Below are positions 60,038-64,000 of a stretch of 64,000 bases of DNA, one piece after another; the stretch's first letter is position 1; each line of letters opens with the position of its first letter. The translations under genes were made by a program, and so were the position numbers. The notes beneath the pieces were generated by a model. It saw only the letters and a list, made by a program, of their open reading frames with translations, searched no databases and had not been told where the DNA came from. Source of the stretch: an uncultured bacterium (lineage in GTDB: Bacteria; Acidobacteriota; HRBIN11; JAKEFK01); contig CAVZQN010000008.1 in assembly GCA_963777505.1 (NCBI GenBank), positions 64,001-128,000 of the forward strand. Reading direction: 5' to 3'.

Positions 60038-61327
60038 ATGAATGCTGTTGAAGTTGAAAATGTCTCGAAGTTCTACAAGCGGTCCGCACACAAGAGACAA
60101 TTTCAAACGCTGAAAAGCGCAATGCTGGGTGGGAATTTATTTGAGACTCTTACTCCGAAGGAAGCATATGCAGCGCTGAAAAACGTCAATTGTTCGATTC
60201 CCAAAGGCTCGATGTTTGGGATCATTGGCAGCAACGGTTCTGGTAAAAGCACATTACTGAAACTAATTGCAGGAATTTCAAAACCAACATTCGGAAAGAT
60301 TACAAGCCATGGAAAAATTTCAGCATTAATCGAACTGGGTGCAGGATTCCATCCGGAAATCAGTGGCGGGGAAAACATCTTTATTAATGGAATTATGTTG
60401 GGACTTTCACGCAAATCGATCACGGAAAGATATGACGACATTGTGAAGTTTGCTGAGCTTGAAGAATTTATTGATCAGCCGGTAAAAACATATTCGTCCG
60501 GAATGTTCATGAGGTTAGGGTTCGCGGTCGCGGTGAATGTTGATCCCGATATTCTTCTGATCGATGAAGTACTCGCTGTTGGTGACGAAGCGTTTGCTCA
60601 CAAATGTTTGGACAAGATTCTGGATTTCAAAAAACGGAACAAAACAATGATTCTTGTCACTCATTCCATGGCAATGATTGAACTTCTGTGTGATTCGGCA
60701 ATGTGGCTGAAAAAAGGGGAAATGATGAAGATCGGGGACCCGCGAATGGTCTGCGGTGCTTACTTGATGGATGTTGAAGGAAAAGAGGAAAAGGATTTGC
60801 AGGCACAACATCAGCAGCTCACTGAAACACTGGCAGCCACAGTTCAAGATCAAGAGGATGGTGTTCGCGAATCACGATGGGGTGGAGGGGAAATTCAAAT
60901 TACAAAAGTGCAGTTATTAGATTCCCAGGATCAGGAAAAGCATGTATACGCTACGGGTGAACCGATGCAAATCAAGCTGTTCTTATCTGCGAAGACGGCG
61001 GTAGATGATTTCGTTTTCGGTATTGGAATTTTCAATGGCGAAGGTGTTTGCTGCTACGGAACTAATACTCACATTGAAGAATATGAACCGGTTGAATTGC
61101 GTGGTTCAGCCGAGGTCACTTTTCATATTGATCAGCTCAATTTAGTTGAAGGAACTTATTATTTAGACGTTGCGGCTCATCGCCGTGATGAATACCCTTA
61201 TGACTACCACCGTCATCTGTATACTTTCAAAGTACGATCCCGCCAAAAAGATGTTGGAGTTTTCCGGCCAAATCATAGCTGGCAATTCTCCCCCAACATC
61301 AAGTTCAAGACCCGTAATACTCAATAG
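60038..61327 (+). CDS. wzt: Polysaccharide ABC transporter ATPase with Wzt C-terminal domain
   Basis: GSNGSGKST, LGAGFHPE, YSSGM and IDEVLAVGD. Confidence 0.9.
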   Translation: MNAVEVENVSKFYKRSAHKRQFQTLKSAMLGGNLFETLTPKEAYAALKNVNCSIPKGSMFGIIGSNGSGKSTLLKLIAGISKPTFGKITSHGKISALIELGAGFHPEISGGENIFINGIMLGLSRKSITERYDDIVKFAELEEFIDQPVKTYSSGMFMRLGFAVAVNVDPDILLIDEVLAVGDEAFAHKCLDKILDFKKRNKTMILVTHSMAMIELLCDSAMWLKKGEMMKIGDPRMVCGAYLMDVEGKEEKDLQAQHQQLTETLAATVQDQEDGVRESRWGGGEIQITKVQLLDSQDQEKHVYATGEPMQIKLFLSAKTAVDDFVFGIGIFNGEGVCCYGTNTHIEEYEPVELRGSAEVTFHIDQLNLVEGTYYLDVAAHRRDEYPYDYHRHLYTFKVRSRQKDVGVFRPNHSWQFSPNIKFKTRNTQ

Positions 61328-61331
61328 CACC

Positions 61332-61429
61332 GGATGCTAGATGCTGGATGGTAAGCACGTGCCAAGGAACTAATCAAGACTCAAGAATGTGAATCGTGCC
61401 GAGCATCAAGCATCCAGCATGAAGCATCG
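61332..61429. repeat. Empty 7-nt-periodic inverted repeat (gatgct type)
   Basis: ggatgct agatgct ggatggt ... agcatca agcatcc agcatga agcatcg. Confidence 0.7.
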
Positions 61430-61483
61430 AGTTGAACCTATGGCCTCTCATCCTTAAACTTAATCTGGAGCGTTCCTCCATTT

Positions 61484-61957
61484 ATGCAATCGAAAATCGT
61501 CCACCCGGCATATTTGCCTGTTTTGTGTGAGGAGTTACGGCGGAATGAAAGCCGTATTGTGTTTACAAATGGAGTGTTTGATTTGCTTCACCCAGGGCAT
61601 ATTCAATATTTAGCTGAAGCATCAAAGCTTGGAACGCATCTCATCGTTGCGTTGAATACCGATGAGTCTGTGCAAAGGATAAAAGGTTCTTCGCGGCCGA
61701 TTGTGAAGCTTGAAGATCGATTAGAAATTATGGCTTCTCTGGAGTTTGTTCACTTTGTTACATGGTTTTCGGAGGATACTCCCGCAGAAATAATTCGGAT
61801 GGTTCGTCCGGACGTCTTAGTTAAAGGCGGCGATTGGCAGCTTGAAGCCATCGTTGGCCGAGACACAGTAGAAAGCTATGGCGGACGCGTTCTATCGATT
61901 CCGATGGTGCCTGGTTACAGCACGACATCAATATTACGAAAGATTGCAGATTTATGA
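61484..61957 (+). CDS. rfaE2: Heptose-1-phosphate adenylyltransferase (RfaE domain II)
   Basis: VFTNGVFDLLHPGH, PDVLVKGGDW and GYSTT. Confidence 0.9.
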   Translation: MQSKIVHPAYLPVLCEELRRNESRIVFTNGVFDLLHPGHIQYLAEASKLGTHLIVALNTDESVQRIKGSSRPIVKLEDRLEIMASLEFVHFVTWFSEDTPAEIIRMVRPDVLVKGGDWQLEAIVGRDTVESYGGRVLSIPMVPGYSTTSILRKIADL

Positions 61958-64000
61958 TTTTTGATCTCATTACAAAATGTTTTCCAAAGCAAGACCTTGA
62001 CGGCGTACTGTCAGCTTTAGCTGATGATCAAATCGTTACGGTATCAGGACTGAAAGCAAGTTCAAAAGCTTTCTACCTAACACTGTTGCGGCCGGAAATC
62101 CGCATGCCAATCGTGGTCTTTACACCGGATGTGGCTCGTGCTGAAGCCCTTCATCAAGATCTTTTGTTTTTGGATCGTTGTTATTTTCCTGAAAAAAGTT
62201 CGGCTGAATCGCGGATTCTATATTTTCCAACTGCAGATTCTGAACCTTATCAAGCTGTAAGCCCGCATCCTCAGATCAGTCTGCTTCGCATGCAAGCACT
62301 GTGGCATCTAGCGGAAGGCAACGCAGAATTTCTGATCGTTCCCATTCAAGCAGCGGTACGAATGATGCCCGCTCCTGAACATTTAAAACGTTGCATTTAT
62401 CACATTGATAAAAGCTACTCTGAAGGACCATTTGCGATCGCAGAATTGCTGCGTAAATATGGTTTTACAGAAAAAGATCTGGTTACATCTCGTGGAGAAT
62501 TTTCGATGCGAGGTTCAATCCTGGATCTATTCTCCCCGGCTGAAGAATCTGCGGTACGAATCGAGTTTTTTGGAAATCGTGTCGAGTCGATGCGCACTTT
62601 TGATACCGCTTCTCAGCGTTCGATAGGAGAAATCGAGAATTTTACACTTCTTTCTCTTCGCGAATTGATTTTAACTAAAGATGAAATTGAAACCTGGGGT
62701 GAATTCTGCAGAACCCGATGGATGGATTTTTACTATCACGAAGAACTGGCTGATAAAACGGAACAGCTTTTACAAACCGGAAAATTTGAAGGTTATGAAG
62801 ATTTTGTAACAGCCTTTTTCCGGGATAAAGCTTCTCTGCTTGATTACTTACCTGGCGAGTATTGTTTAACTCTCGAAGAGCCTATTCAGATTGAACAAAA
62901 ACAAGCTGATTTTTTTGAGTTATATCGAAAGCGATATGAACAAGTCCATGAACAACGACATGTAGCTCTCGAACCTGAAGAAATGTTTTTCGAATGGGAG
63001 GAGCTTCAGAATCGTGCAAAAGCATCGCGCATGGAGTTCAGCGAATTGCTCACTGAACGACCGGCTGATCGAAAAATTTTTGAATATTCATTTCAAACCG
63101 CACGACAATATAACGGACAGGTCCAGGAAATCGTTCAGGATACACTTAGGCTTCGTGAATCCGGCATAACATCAATTTACATTTTCCCAACTCTTGGCAA
63201 AGCGGAACGCCTTACGGAAATTCTTCGCGAATATGATGTGCCCGTGGGCTTCTATCAAAATCCCCAGGAACATAAATCGGATGAAGCGTCTATCGGCGCT
63301 ACTCTGATTTGTATCGGACAGTTAACTCACGGCTTCAAGAATTATGAATCCCAGATTGCGCTATTCACTGAAGATGATTTATTTGGAGAATCGCGGCCTG
63401 CAATACAAACACGTGAACGAAAAGCTGCAGGAAAATTCCTGTCCGATCTGCGAGATCTGAAGATTGAAGATTACGTTGTGCATGTTGATCACGGTATCGG
63501 ACAATTCACCGGCCTGAGCACAATGCTTACAGAAAGCGGTGAAAAGGAATTTTTGCTTTTACGTTTTGCCGATGATGACAAGCTTTACGTACCCGTTGAA
63601 CGTCTCGATCTCGTTCAGAAATATATGGGTGCGTCGGATGCAAGTCCAAGATTGGACAAGCTTGGTACGATGGTTTGGCAAAAAGCAAAATCCCGCGCCA
63701 AAGCATCCATGAAGGATATGGCGGAAAAGCTTTTGCAATTGTACGCCTATCGCAAAACGGTCAAAGGTTATCAGTTCCCATCCGATGATGCATTTCAGCG
63801 CGAGTTTGAAGATGCATTCGAATTTATCGAGACCGCGCATCAGCTCAGTGCAATCGATGATGTGAAACTGGATATGGAATCGGATAAGCCGATGGACCGC
63901 CTCATCTGCGGCGATGTAGGTTATGGAAAAACCGAAGTTGGAATGCGTGCGGCTTTCAAAGCTGTAACAAATGGCAAACAGGTTGCTGTATTAGCGCCCA
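61954..64000 (+). CDS. mfd: Transcription-repair coupling factor (3'-truncated by window edge)
   Basis: Read from ATG 61954: GEFSMRGSILDLFS, YVVHVDHGIG, DKLYVPVERLDLVQKY and MDRLICGDVGYGKTEV. Absent from the ORF track because it has no stop in the window. Confidence 0.95.
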   Translation, partial: MIFDLITKCFPKQDLDGVLSALADDQIVTVSGLKASSKAFYLTLLRPEIRMPIVVFTPDVARAEALHQDLLFLDRCYFPEKSSAESRILYFPTADSEPYQAVSPHPQISLLRMQALWHLAEGNAEFLIVPIQAAVRMMPAPEHLKRCIYHIDKSYSEGPFAIAELLRKYGFTEKDLVTSRGEFSMRGSILDLFSPAEESAVRIEFFGNRVESMRTFDTASQRSIGEIENFTLLSLRELILTKDEIETWGEFCRTRWMDFYYHEELADKTEQLLQTGKFEGYEDFVTAFFRDKASLLDYLPGEYCLTLEEPIQIEQKQADFFELYRKRYEQVHEQRHVALEPEEMFFEWEELQNRAKASRMEFSELLTERPADRKIFEYSFQTARQYNGQVQEIVQDTLRLRESGITSIYIFPTLGKAERLTEILREYDVPVGFYQNPQEHKSDEASIGATLICIGQLTHGFKNYESQIALFTEDDLFGESRPAIQTRERKAAGKFLSDLRDLKIEDYVVHVDHGIGQFTGLSTMLTESGEKEFLLLRFADDDKLYVPVERLDLVQKYMGASDASPRLDKLGTMVWQKAKSRAKASMKDMAEKLLQLYAYRKTVKGYQFPSDDAFQREFEDAFEFIETAHQLSAIDDVKLDMESDKPMDRLICGDVGYGKTEVGMRAAFKAVTNGKQVAVLAP

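Noticed and set aside
8365-61429. CRISPR array interpretation of the repeats
   Set aside because: The repeats are dispersed inverted pairs with internal periodicity, not direct repeats separated by unique spacers, and there are no cas genes.
1-64000. tRNA, rRNA, prophage or IS genes
   Set aside because: No cloverleaf, rRNA-like tract, integrase or transposase was recognised by eye; a tRNAscan/Rfam run would be needed to exclude small RNAs.

Overview
A ~42% GC bacterial chromosome segment, most plausibly Acidobacteriota (inferred from the gene set, sigma54 use and an N7-spaced direct-repeat SOS-like box). It is mostly housekeeping: rimO, two corA genes, comEA-fimT, an ECF sigma/anti-sigma pair, mscL, a dcw cluster (mraZ to ftsZ, no ddl), galT-like, queC, fmt, an unusual rrf2-nuoJ-nuoK-nuoN-iscU run, dnaE2, wzm/wzt, an rfaE2-type adenylyltransferase and the 5' part of mfd. 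Several genes carry single-base frameshifts that look like long-read consensus errors. The main unexplained structure is a family of intergenic inverted repeats whose arms are themselves 7-nt or 8-nt periodic tandem repeats, usually placed at gene ends. Two are 'filled': 8-mer arms enclose a GxxExxY nuclease-family gene (8365-8865) and 7-mer arms enclose a four-helix-bundle gene (57713-58185). About ten are 'empty' or single-armed, and the one at murE/murF shares 25 identical nt with the filled four-helix-bundle cassette. Also found: an unannotated 19-aa Lys-rich microprotein gene whose 3' UTR carries anti-SD motifs, a sigma54-driven Ala/Gly-rich translocator-like protein, and REP-like doublets. 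All family calls come from motif recognition by eye; no searches were run.
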